Source: Girardia tigrina
Taxonomy: Eukaryota
Reading direction: 5' to 3'
Assembly (NCBI GenBank): GCA_001938485.1
Contig: MQRK01208173.1
Location: forward strand, 4,719-68,718
Length of the DNA: 64,000 nucleotides
Position 1 is the first letter of the stretch. Each line of letters begins with the position of its first letter. The position numbers were made by a program, and so were the translations under genes. A model generated the notes under the pieces. It was not told where the DNA came from and did no database searches. It saw only the letters and a program-made list of their open reading frames with translations. Below are positions 52,294-64,000 of the stretch, in pieces.

Positions 52294-52904
52294 CATAAAA
52301 GTAACCTAAAGTTCAGATGCGGTGAACCTGAGACTACTTTTATAGGATAGAATAAACGAAATAACAAATCCGGGTGTGGAAATGAAATTTAATTACAAAA
52401 AGAAAAACTAAAACGAATAACACATATAAGTCAATAACCGGATAATAATTTTCTTTGTTTTTTTAACTTAAAAGATGACGTCGGACTTGAATAATATTAT
52501 TCACCGTTTATTGAGATTGTCTGGATTGTTTTTTTGGAGCATTATTGCGTAAGGAAATTCTTCTAATAAAAAAGAAAATGATAGAGAACTTTAAACAGTA
52601 AATGATTTGGAATTTGGGAAAAGTTGTTGTCGATGCAAATTCCTTTCTAATTCGTTATTAACTGATAAAAAATTGGTTTTCTTTTTTTACTGGTTGGATA
52701 TTGTGTGATTTCATTGATAGAAAGGTTGGCTGCTTGTGGTTTTGGTTGGATAATGTGTGAGTTGATGGATAGAAAGGTTGCCTGCAAGTGGTTTCTAAGT
52801 AAACTCCTCTCAAATTATTTTTTTAATTTGTAAATCAATATTTATTATTGATTTAATTATTAAATTATTATTTCCACAAAAAAAACTATTAATATACTTT
52901 TACA
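52294..52904. mobile_element. Probable solo LTR nested in the mariner
   Basis: 5-bp TSD AATCC (52289-52293 and 52905-52909). Short inverted termini (ca)taaaagta / tacttttaca. Removing it restores KLNES-IKHKRPELVNRK in frame. Confidence 0.75.
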
Positions 52905-53149
52905 AATCCATTAAACACAAAAGGCCAGAATTGGTCAATAGAAAAGATGTAGTGTTTCACCAAAATAATGCCAGACCTCATACAAGTTTGGTAACTCGCC
53001 AAATGCTTTTAAAGCGTGGATGGAACATCATACCTCACCCACCATATTCTACAGACCTCGCACCTTCTGATTATCATTTGTTAAGGTCTCTACAAAATTA
53101 TTTAGATGGTAACACTTTTGGATCAAATGAAGATGTTAAAAATCACAGG

Positions 53150-53655
53150 TATTAAGAACATTTAAACAAGTCTCGTTTAAATCTTTATTGTAATTACATT
53201 TAGAGTCATTATGACTCTCAGAAGGTCTTTCATCGTTTGCCGTCGTTCTAGTTGGTTTTCTTATTTCTGCTTTTAATCATGATTATTCGAACAATTTTTC
53301 TAAATCATTTTTTAAAATATTTAACCTCTAAAAAATATTAATTAAAAATATTAATTTGTACCATTTTTTAATAAATCCCAAAATAATAAAAATGACATCA
53401 AATTAATAAAAATGCATTTAATTTAAATTTTACTAAAAATTATTAAACTTAATTTTAATTCTGAAATTAAAGATATGAACTTATAAAATGATTATTTTAA
53501 TTATGTTTGAATAGTCCAATCACTTTAAACTTAATAAAAATAGCAATTTCCATCTGGTGGGATTTCTATTTTCACCATTCTAAATTCAACATACTTAAAT
53601 CAACATACAGCATCCATACATTTACACATTCAAACAATTTAAAATATTCCTCACT
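53150..53655 (-). mobile_element. Solo LTR of the gypsy family at 54-2115, nested in the mariner
   Basis: Reverse complement aligns along the whole of LTR 1615-2115. Flanks acagg / atagg form a 5-bp TSD with 1 mismatch. Confidence 0.88.
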
Positions 53656-54099
53656 ATAGGGAAAAGTTTTTTTAAGCAGCAAAGAACAAATATTTTTAAT
53701 GAACGTAGAATCAAGTCACTGCCAGGAAGATGGAAGAATGTATTGGACCACAATGGTCAATATGTATTTCAATAAAATATTTATTCGTCATAAAAATTTG
53801 TCTTTTACTTTTATACAAAAAAAACGAAATGACTTTCCGAATAACCCAATAGAAATACTTAAATTTATTGTAATTTTAAATTGATCTTTTTCTTAAAAAT
53901 TTTATATACGGTTTTGAGATTTTCAAATTTAGTTTGCTTTGTTTAATTTTTGAAATCATGATATTGAAAAATACAATTTTCTAAATAAATTATCTGATGA
54001 GATGAATTTTTAACTTTTAAATTAAAAAACTTAAACATCATCATAATTTAAATTTTTTATTTCTGATACATCAAGACTAATTTTTTTGTATTATAACTT

Positions 54100-54270
54100 T
54101 AAAACAAAAACCCCCAATGCAAAGAATTTAAATTTGAAACCAAACCCTAACCCTAAAACCTAACCCTAACCCGGAAACAAATAATTTGGGTCTCTATTGA
54201 ATATCTTTATTATTTTTTGTAGGAAAGGATTGATCTTAGGGGGCATTTGTCCGCGGGGGTTTTGTGCCGT
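54100..54270. repeat. Interstitial telomere-like (CCCTAA) repeats within a short TIR-like element
   Basis: aaccctaaccctaaaacctaaccctaaccc at 54143-54172, bracketed by aaaaaccccc / gggggttttg. Confidence 0.55.
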
Positions 54271-55452
54271 ATATTACTGTTATCTCTGAATCAGTTAATT
54301 TGTTAATGTAAATGAAATCATAAAATTGATATCCCAGGACAAATACCCCAAAGTCTGGATTGTGCCGTAATTAGATCATATTTATTTTGTCTAAGAATAT
54401 ATTATGTCACATATACTTTCACTATGATGTTCTTCGAATCTTTCGCACCAAGTATATCCATAATATACAGAATTTGTAAAGATTTAATCTTGATATTTTA
54501 AGATAGCAAGTTTTTCTTCATTCTAAGAGAATTCTTAATAGTCTTTATACAGTGCACTCAGTATATATCGAAGACGGATATATCGAAGATATGTTATTGT
54601 ACCGACTAAATATCAGTGCTTAGGTAATTGAAAGTGATGCTATGGCTATATCAAACTACAGATACACTGAAATTTTGTTTTGGCAAGTGTTATTTTGATG
54701 TATTTTGAAATTCTTTTGTAATAATTATTTTATTTGAAAGGTTATCATTAATTTGGTTTTAAGTTGTCTGATTTATAAAAAGTATTTAGTTGTTCTTAAT
54801 TTTTATTTTTTTAATACCGCTTTACGAATTATATTTTAATAACACATAAATTGAAGAAAATAATGGATGTTAGGTTACCTACCACTACATGAATGTTTGT
54901 AGTGATGCCTTACCATGTTATACGATGGTAAATGATAGTGTATGATGATATTGGATACAAGAGCACTGTTACCCATAATTTTGATGTAAAGATAAAAATG
55001 TGATTTTGACTTATATATTTTACAAACCACTCCATATTATAACTTGATTTATAGTCCTTATATAATTTTTCCTGGAAAAATATTTTCCTGAATCCAGAGA
55101 TAACATATATAAGTCATTGTTCACAATAAAAAGTTAATATTTTTTTCAGTAACAATCTAAGAGCTTCTATTTTATAAAATACACGAATAAGATTCATTGA
55201 ATCGTAAAAGTCTGAATCCAATATAACAAAGTAACTCAGAGAGAAAGAATGAAATGGCTATATCACAGTAAAAGGAAATTGTTAAATCCTTTCTCTCTTT
55301 TCATTTGTGACTAGTAAGTCAAAAAATTAAAATTTTAAAACAAAGTTTTTAAAATTTAAAAATTTAAGATTTTAAAATTTTTATTTAAAAAACACAATAA
55401 AAATTAATATAAACTACTTATAATTTATAAATAGATATCTTGCAATTATTAT

Positions 55453-55670
55453 TGTTCTGGGACTCCGAATTTTCCGTTTTTTTTCCAATTTTGGGATCTT
55501 AAAAAGTTTTTTCGATCAAATTTTTACATAATCATCAAGAATGAGAAAGTGTGCAAAGTTTGATGAAAATCGATTGTGTAGAATGTCTTCAAAAATTGGT
55601 TTCTAAATTCCATGGATACATGTATATGTATACTTATGGAAAGTAAGCTAATAAAAAGAATGGAAAAAAT
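55453..55670 (-). repeat. Inverted copy of the 45530-45750 repeat
   Basis: Reverse-complement similarity over about 200 bp. Confidence 0.7.
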
Positions 55671-57090
55671 TGTGTTTGGATGGTGATATTTTTTGTGTAT
55701 TATTATTATTGTTTATTTTTATTGTATGGCGTCAATTGATGTACGAAGGTGAAGAAAACGAGAATGAAAGAATAGAAAATCAGAGAAATTAAAGTTAAAG
55801 AGAACAAAGTGAAATAAGAAAGCAAAGGAAAAGATTAGAGGATCATTTTCCGTGACTGAATTAAAAGATTTTATTTTTTTAAAGTATAGATAGTCAAAGG
55901 CAAAATACAAAGAATTATTTTCCCTCACCCTCCTCAATAAAATAATTGTTATTATAATAATAATTATCAGAATTGATCTAAAAAATAAAAATCAATTGGA
56001 ATATATAAAGGAAAATTTTTATATGGTGATCTTATTCGTTGGAATATATGAAGAAAATGATAAATTACAATAATAAAGGAACTATTTTTTTGATCTGGTG
56101 ATAATTTTTGTAGTTTATTCGTGTTTAATATAATTTTGTTATTATTTTATTTATTTTTATAGTTAAAACTAGGCTCACTGGTAGCTGAATTACATTTTAC
56201 CAGATAAGTCTAATTTTACAGAAATATTGGAAATAAATAAACTCGACTTTGAGTTTTTCAGCCTTGTTTTCTTTTTTTCCCAGATCAAATTGAAGAATAC
56301 TTAAGCAAAAAGAATGGTTTTGAGAAAATACATTTAAAAAAACAAAAATAAATTTAAATAAAGTTATCTTGAGAAATTCAGGCCATTGAAGTAATCTTCC
56401 ATGACTTCCATAGCAAATTGGTCAGAATACATCTTGAAATGAAAATTTAATTATTGTATTTATGTTAAAAAAATTGTAATTAAAGTTCATAAAGTTAATA
56501 TTGGTTGTGTTACTAAAAATAAAAATGTGTCAATTTGTTTTGGAGATTGTTTTAACTGTGTAAATGAACAGTTGTAAAATGGAAACTCCACACTATTATT
56601 TAAAAAAATAACAAAATAAATAACATTACTCGTATTCTTAATAATTATAAAACAATACTGAAAAACAGGATCTCGTGTGGTTTAATACTTGAAGATCGTG
56701 TCTGAGATGTAACTCATCAGCATCAAAATCATCCACCGAATGTTTTAGAAATTATAAATGGTTTTGTGGTCAAAAGATTCACAGTTTAGACGACTTGAGA
56801 TGTCATTTAATGCTCATTCATCTTTATGACTATCATAACGAGAAAGAACCCTCGTAAAGGCCAAACTTAATAATTGGAACAATATTAAACTTAACAATCC
56901 GTTAAATCGAATTTCCATTATACGTATTGTTTAATATAAATACTCAGAATATAACGCAAAGAGGTGAAATAAAAATTGTTATTTCTTGTTTACAACTTTA
57001 TTATATTTTAATAATTTTAGTTGTTCAATATTTTCTTATCTTGTATTTATTTTAATAATTTTAGTTGTTTAAAATTTTCTTATCTTGTTT

Positions 57091-57321
57091 ATATATTCCT
57101 TTTTTATCTTTAATTTGTTTAAGCAGTTTATAGTATTTTAAAATTTTAACTCCAAGTTTGTAGGACTTCTGAGCTCAGATTTCAAGAAACATTAAAGACC
57201 AGACATATATTCCTTTTTTATCTTTAATTCGTTTAAGCAGTTTGTAGTATTTTAAAATTTTAACTCCAAGTTTGTAGGACTTCTGGGCTCAAATTTCAAG
57301 AAACATTAAAAACCAGACATA
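57091..57321 (+). repeat. Tandem duplication, 2 x ~115 bp
   Basis: atatattcctttt...ccagacat is repeated with a few substitutions. Confidence 0.9.
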
Positions 57322-57726
57322 TTATTTCAAAGGTAATAAGTTTAAAGTAATAATTCAAAATCAAGAAAAACTTTTTATTTGATCTTGATACAAAAATTTG
57401 TGTAAAAACCATAGGAATTGAAACTGTAAAAATTTATGTTATTCCCTTCTGAAAAACATATACATATCCCTAGTTTCGTTCTAATTATTCAACTAAAAAG
57501 CCAAAATCCATCCCACTAATTAGGAAATAATTGTCCATTAAATAAATCATAATCATATATTACTATTATTATTTTTCAAAATAAATCATTTACTCGTGAT
57601 GTTACAGGATTTCCAATTTCTATTTACAAAGGTAATATTATTTTACCTTATTTATGATAATAATAATGTAGTGCAAGAATTCCGTTAAGAAATAATTTGT
57701 ATGGGAAAATAACAGGAACAATTATG

Positions 57727-58481
57727 GTTTTAGGTCAATTGGTCTAAAACAAATTGATCTAAACCATAGCTTCCCAAAGTGGTCTATATCGATCCTCAGG
57801 GGTCGATATAGACCTCCAAGGGGTCTACGTGAGCGCAAAAAAATAGGGGTCTGTTGTTTTTCTTAGCAGTGGGTCTACCCGAAACCGAAAATCATGACAA
57901 GGGGTCTACGAATGAAAAAAGTTTGGGAACCTTTGGTCTAAACAAATAAATTTACCTAGCAAGAAATTTGTCTAAATTAAACTCGATTAAAATAAATCCG
58001 TTTAAAGTAAATTTGTCTAAAATCATAATAAGGATAACGGTCTCCCACTTTCGAAATCAAGATTTGAAACTTCCATGGAAGTGTTTTGGAAGGATTGCCT
58101 TTGACAAAAAAATTATAATGAGGCATGATATGGTGGCTTTATTTACCAAGTATCCAGTAATCATTCCAATATTTGGAAGTTTATCACTGCAATAAAGAAT
58201 GAACAGTCCCTAAACATACTAAAAAGTGAACAATTTGTTAGTGGACAACAATTAGCAAGGATAACATATATGTTGATTGTGCAGAGAGACTAAAAACAGT
58301 TATGCAAACTTGGGATCATGAAAGGACTAGCATACAGATTTTAGATTTTCTCCGTGGTGTAGCTCATAATGTGAAATATTAACAGTCTATCATTTGTTGG
58401 ATTTTTTACAATTTTAATTTGTTTTGTTTTAGATCAATTAATTTTAGACCAATTTGTTTTTAGACTAATTGGTCGGCTCGC
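57727..58481 (+). mobile_element. Deleted Mutator-like (MULE) element
   Basis: 9-bp TSD ACAATTATG (57718-57726 and 58482-58490), inverted subterminal ggtctaaaa/ttttagacc repeats, and transposase C-terminal remnants HSNIWKFITAIKNEQ and LDFLRGVAHN. Confidence 0.75.
57765..57935. mobile_element. hAT (Charlie-like) MITE nested in the MULE terminus
   Basis: CATAGCTTCCCAAA ... TTTGGGAACCTTTG, 8-bp TSD atctaaac/gtctaaac, and GGGGTC subterminal repeats. Confidence 0.85.
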
Positions 58482-58948
58482 ACAATTATGAAAGGATTAA
58501 CGACACTTGTTCCGCCGGATCCCCGAGTTGCCCGGAAGAACTGATGGTGGTAGCAGAGGCGCATAGAAAATTAAATAGGAGCTCGGATTGGAAGTGCTCA
58601 GCCCATTGTGATTTTGAATTTATCAAGGAAATTATTTTTTTATGTCAAAAAATAAGAATTTTTCAAAATCTATTGATTTTCCGAAAATTTCACAAATATG
58701 ATATCGTTTTTAATAATATTCAAATGAAGCAATCATTTTTTAAAATTAAAAAAATTGAGGAATCGTTTGCAATAAACGATCAAAAATTATTTACAATTAA
58801 CAATAATTCATTATTAAAATTCTTGAAAACAATCGAACATTGAAGCAATTTATCTAACTTTAATTATTTTCTTTGATTATCCATACTTTCCTGTTTATTT
58901 GGATCTGATTACTTCGTTTTCTCTGTTATATTCTTTGTAATTGAATAA

Positions 58949-60993
58949 CACTGGAACGGTGGATGAAAAGATATACCTATAACGGCGGAGAGGGCTCATC
59001 GACCCCAGGTATTTGTTTCTCAAATATGTGCCTTTCCTTAAGCTGTTACACTCGTAAACGGAAATATATCAATGAAAATATGTAAACAAAGAATAAGTCG
59101 GTTTTTAATACTTCTTCAGTCATTATAGTTTTACACTGAATAAATAATGAAAAGAATTTTATTGAAAAACAAAAAATCAATACTTTCTTACAGAAAGCAG
59201 TTGACTGAAAATATTACGAAGAAATCTTAATTCAGCAGGAATATGGGCGTTTGACAATAAAATGTTTTACAGAAAGATTAAAGAATCAATATAGAATGAA
59301 TTAAAAACTTATAGTTGAAATAATTATATTGGAATAATAAAAATCAGCAATTTCTTTCTGATAGAATATCTTTCTGATAGAGTAATGTTTGTTGAAAATA
59401 AAATGTCTTAAAACTTTCTAAATATTACACTTATTATAGTGATGCACATATGTGACCGCAGCTGAGAAAAGAGACCACAAGTCGCTGCACAGAAAGCCCA
59501 GAAATCGCCTGTAATAGTGGATTGGTCAAAAATGGGGCAAAAGTAGTTCTCTATCTATTTCAATAAGTCAATCCATGCCCCTGAATACAGTATGCATCAT
59601 TTGTTGTTCTGACCTATTTATAGGACTTAACTACCAACTTCAATTTGTGTGTATAGCAGTGATTTTAATAAACATAATGTTTCAATTCGCGTTTTCTCAA
59701 AAACGAGTTTTTTGCGAATATGACCATTTTAATATCTGTTGAAGAGTCAAATGATGGAATATCAGCATGATTTTTTACACTGTTGTGAACTATTATGATA
59801 CCTACAACGTGGCACTCTTAACTCAGTTTCCTACTTGTGGTCCTTTATCTCAGCTTTGGTCACATATATTCTAGTATCCTCATGATTTTAGAAAAAATAA
59901 TTTTTATTGATTTAATAATCGATTAATTTGAAATTTTTGGAGAAACGGTTTATCAGTGTATTTTGCTGTTTCACAAACAATATGGTTCGTCCTTCACGAA
60001 CTGATAAATCAGTGGCAATGAAGACTTTTTTGAGGAGTTACCTAAGTGTCCTGCACCTCTACTTGAGAGATTGTGTGTTGACAGAAATTAAGGGGCCTAT
60101 TGAAACGGAATATTCCTAACCACTACCAGGAGGTGATTCGTCCAATCTTTGTACGAGAGCTCAAGCGCAATTGTTGGAGCGAACATCTATTCCAGCAGAT
60201 TGTAGTGGTGATGAAAAATAATCAAGTGATGAGTCATATTTGAATTTAAACGTGGATTAAAGCTCGATAAGTGGTGACAGAGACAATGATGAACTCAGTA
60301 AAAACGAGGACCCTCCTTTTAAGTGAACCGAGTGGGAGATTTTCATCACAAAATATCATTCGAGCCAAAACAGATTGCTAGACCACGGTGGCCCTGAATC
60401 AACTTTTAGTCGAAAAAAATTTGCCAGAAAAACAGTTTGCACTTTCTGAATCTATTTCAGATCCTGATTCAATATATGTAAAAATTAAAATCTTCTATCG
60501 AGGGCTTCGTTAGAAAATCGATATTAACGATTTTTTGCGGGTAAAATGCAAAATACGTAAGAATTGCGATCAAAATAAAACTTCCATCATTTGTTACAAG
60601 TGCTCAAAACCAATGTGTAGACCATGCCAAGTGAAACTGTGTTATGGCTGTTATCATTGAATAATCTTGTAATTGTTACTATTTGTATTAGAACTGTCTA
60701 CAATAAAATTTGATTTGTTTTAATAATGGCAAGTGTAGATTATTGTAAGGATTATGACGAAAAGAAAATAGCAAATGACATTTTAGGGTCAATGACCCTC
60801 ACCTGACGTTTCTTGTATAATCTATTTTTCAGACGAAGAAGATTGGTATTTCAAAAAACATTTGTGCTTAACATAAGCAGCTACATAATTCATTACATAT
60901 CACCAAGTACGAAGTGCATAGAGCTGCTACTATGACGAGAGAACTGATGAAAAATTGAAAAGGGTCAATGTACCCATTTCCGCCGTTCTAGTG
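58949..60993 (+). mobile_element. Deleted piggyBac element
   Basis: (A)TAA|CACTGGAACGGTGG ... CCGCCGTTCTAGTG|TTAA. C-terminal cysteine-rich domain CKIRKNCDQNKTSIICYKCSKPMCRPC at ~60547-60630. Confidence 0.8.
59451..59864. mobile_element. TIR MITE nested in the piggyBac
   Basis: TGTGACCGCAGCTGAGAAAAGAGACCACAAGT / ACTTGTGGTCCTTTATCTCAGCTTTGGTCACA, flanked by TA. Confidence 0.8.
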
Positions 60994-61074
60994 TTAATAT
61001 AATCTAAAAAATAAATCTGAAAGTTGCTCCAAAATATTCAATATTTTTGTTTTATATTTGAGCTCAGTTTCAAT

Positions 61075-61692
61075 CAGTAGCGTGCATAAGAGGGGGCCAG
61101 GGGGGCCGTGGCCCTTCCCAGAGACTTGCAAAAAATATTATTTTAGCCTATGTGTACATTACTAAGATGTAATCATTAGTCATAAAATTCGTATTCTTAT
61201 TATTGGGTTCTTGATCAAAAGAAGATGTAATTAACGCAAACTTTATTTCTCAAAAATTAAATTTTATGTTTCATAAAATTGCAATTCACTTTATTAATAA
61301 ATCTATTTATTGGTTTTATGTGCACAATAAAAATTAATTTTATATAAATTACTTTTTTTGCGCTATTTTATAAAAATCTTATTTTAACTTAATCTGTCCA
61401 TAGAAATGTGAAATATTGAATTATTAAATTGATTTCAAATTCGAAAATTTTATGAACTCAAAAAAGCTACTAACACTTATAGCATTTCATTTTGGATTTA
61501 ATTATTAATTTTGACATTGTTTAATAATAAAATAAGTAATTGAAAGCGGTGTTTTAATTTAGTATTAATTAAAATTCTTTGGTTTTGCGGAATTTTCAAA
61601 TGAAGAAGCGTACATCTGATTATCGTAAAATAGATGCTTTTTCGAAAAAGTGCCGTGGCCCCCACCAGAACGAAATCGTATGCACGCCCCTG
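61075..61692. mobile_element. hAT non-autonomous element
   Basis: CAGTAGCGTGCATA ... TATGCACGCCCCTG, perfect 8-bp TSD GTTTCAAT, and GC-rich gccgtggccc subterminal motifs. Confidence 0.9.
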
Positions 61693-62648
61693 GTTTCAAT
61701 ACAATTGTTATTATTATTAATATTATTATTATTATTATTATGATTATTATTATTAACTACATGAATTACAAAAGTTCAAATTTTATTTCGTATTTAAATA
61801 TAAATAAATTGACAGCTATAACTATTATATTATTATTAATAATATTAGGATCATTACAACAAAAGACGAAACATGTTCACAAACAAAATATATTTCCAGG
61901 AAAGTTTCCCGGTTTTGTTTATTTACAAAAGCAAATAAATTCATTCTTTAAAAAAAATTGAAAGTCAAATGTATTCTTTCCATGGAGTATACATTTTTTG
62001 TTTGAATCAACATTCATCTTTTGTCAACAAATTTTCCGTCAGTTAAGCAAATAAATGGGATAAAGATTCATAAAATAAGAAGAAAAGAAAAAGATAAATA
62101 GTTTTTTTTGGTGTATTGACAAAAGAATTTAGCTCATTTTTTGTTGTAGTAATAATTTTGACTAATAAATTAGTTAATTAAATGAGAATTAATTTGATTA
62201 AGGATTTCTATGATGCATTGTTAAAATACTGAATTTGCCGGGCTGCTAATTAGTAGCCATTTTGCTAATGCTTCGTAATGTAGATTATTGTGGCCCGCCT
62301 CCTCGGACTCTTCGGGGAAGCTGAAGCGATATTTGAGATAAGATTTTTCTTTCGGTGATCAGTTATTTATAAAATGGGTAAATGTAGGGCAACTGTTTCA
62401 TAATTACGTCTTATTTAAATGTAAAGTAAACCGAGAAATATTTTTTTTTCATTAATAAAAGAAAGGAAGGAGGAGAGAAGCGTATCTTAGCTTGAAAATT
62501 TTTTAATGGACTTATTTATTTATATTTTCCCATAAAAAGAAAGCTGTTTCTTTTTTCTTTGAAAAATATAATTATAAAATATATAAAGATATAAAATTGT
62601 ACAAATATAAAATTTAATCCATGAGTATTGTAGTAGCCTTGTTACTAC

Positions 62649-63194
62649 TATAGGTTTTTGCATCATTTGACCAGAAACAACAATTGAATTGCCGTTTCCC
62701 ACATTCAATTTACCTAAAACGTAAATTGATTTAATTATTTAAAAAATTTAAAACCTGATGTGCACATTTGCGATTAATCAGGTATATGGATTGATGCATA
62801 GCCGAATAAAGGTGGAACGAGTTACAAAGGAAGCTTTTGGGGAATTTATTAAGGACTTAATTACAGCTACAAAAGATATATTCCCTCATGATCATACTAT
62901 ATATTTAGTATATTTAGATAATGCACGTCCTCATCTTGACGCCCAACTAAAAATACTTATGGAGTATATTAACCAGTATACGATTAAATATCTGCCACCT
63001 TACCTTTCTTAAACCCAGTTGACCAATATCACTCAACCTTTAAATCAAGAGTGAAAAGTTCTTTGTCAGAAGAACAAGTAAATCTTGATAATTAAATTTT
63101 TAAATAATTAAATCAATTTACGTTTTAGGTAAATTGAATGTGGGAAACGGCAATTCAATTGTTGTTTCTGGTCAAATGAATGCAAAAACCTATA
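62649..63194 (+). mobile_element. IS630/Tc1-like transposase fragment enclosed by a ~100-bp near-perfect inverted repeat
   Basis: YLDNARPH...IKYLPPY(fs)LNPV. 62649-62750 is the reverse complement of 63093-63194. Confidence 0.75.
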
Positions 63195-64000
63195 TATATA
63201 TATATATATATATGAAGTATATTATGTTTATTGATTCAATAATTTGAATCATTAAATATGAATTAAATAATCAGACGGTTGGATTTATTCATATTTTCTT
63301 TGCAATTTTAGTCTTGACAGGCGAAATACGTCAAATTTATCGATTTTGATATCAGGAATTTATATTTCAATTATTCGGATTCTTGAAGGCTATCGGAATA
63401 TTTGCCTCTTCGATCTTGGCAGGTATGATAATGCTGATTAAAGTTCAGCGATTTCGATCTTGGTGTAATTTATGGATATACGTTATCGCAGAAATCTAAA
63501 CAATATTTCTTTTAACCTTTTTCACTCCAAAGATTCGAACCTACGATTATTTAAAAGGCAACTTCAACTATAATTCTTCATTGTACAACTTTGAAAAAGG
63601 AATTAATTGATAATTGCCAACAACAGAGCATGATGTGACATCATATGTCGAAGTAATATAATTTTATTGTTCCTATTCTATGCCTAAGAATTCTGGACCA
63701 TTCGAAATCCTCTGATTTTAGTCGCTTTGAAAAAATCTTTAACCTGATTTCCCAATTATTTTTCTGTGACGCATCCAAGCGGATCACTATCCATTTTGCC
63801 GGGTTTTCTGGTTTAGCCAGAACTGAAAATTCGTCTCACTGGCACTATCGCTGACGAATTTCTATCAAACTACCACCACCTAAACCACTTCTATTGCGAG
63901 TTCAGTCGACAAATGTTTAGTAACAGACTAAACAGGGAAATCAACATTTGTATCACAAATTCCATGTTACAATTTCGATTTATTTATTTTGATTTTGCCA

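Larger units (their letters stand above)
51439..53849 (+). mobile_element. Full-length decayed mariner (mellifera-like) interrupted by two insertions
   Basis: TIRs tgggttgtttggaaagtcatttcgt / acgaaatgactttccgaataaccca with TA flanks. Protein motifs MESKNQHLRHVLLFYF, WIPHNL, VNEKW, HQNNARPH and HPPYSTDLAPSDYHL. Confidence 0.95.

Noticed and set aside
54143-54172. Chromosome end or fusion site
   Set aside because: Only about 4 imperfect repeats inside a TIR-like element.
60944-60966. CTGATGA...GAAA...TC as a hammerhead (similarly CTGATGA at 4580, 11311 and 53994)
   Set aside because: No credible stem II or stem I pairing.
61650-61961. Hydrophobic 103-aa ORF (also 40795-41025 and 23334-23519)
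   Set aside because: Translations of ATT/TA microsatellites and MITE ends.

Overview
Eukaryotic, very AT-rich, repeat-dense genomic DNA with three N-gaps. It is most likely a planarian or related flatworm. This is an inference from composition, TTAGGG repeats, hammerhead-bearing Penelope elements and a flatworm-style ADP/ATP carrier fragment. One intact host gene dominates the window: a minus-strand protocadherin with 7 EC repeats. I reconstruct it as 4 exons (49254-46816, 24931-24709, 12460-12423, 12314-11892), about 1040 aa, ending in the PDZ-type motif TSFV. Introns and flanks are filled with decayed transposons: Ty3/gypsy LTR elements, Penelope, RTE LINE, Tc1, mariner, pogo/Tigger, piggyBac, hAT and MULE, several of them nested. 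The ORF track misses three things. (1) At least eight minimal Penelope-type hammerhead ribozyme motifs, one intact and sense-oriented inside the protocadherin intron. (2) Several GC-rich captured fragments of unrelated host RNAs or genes in the introns: TM9SF4-like, ADP/ATP carrier, and a scrambled alpha2delta/CACHD-like + 18S rRNA mosaic. (3) A 48-nt spliceosomal intron inside a Tc1 transposase. All identifications were made by eye, without database searches.
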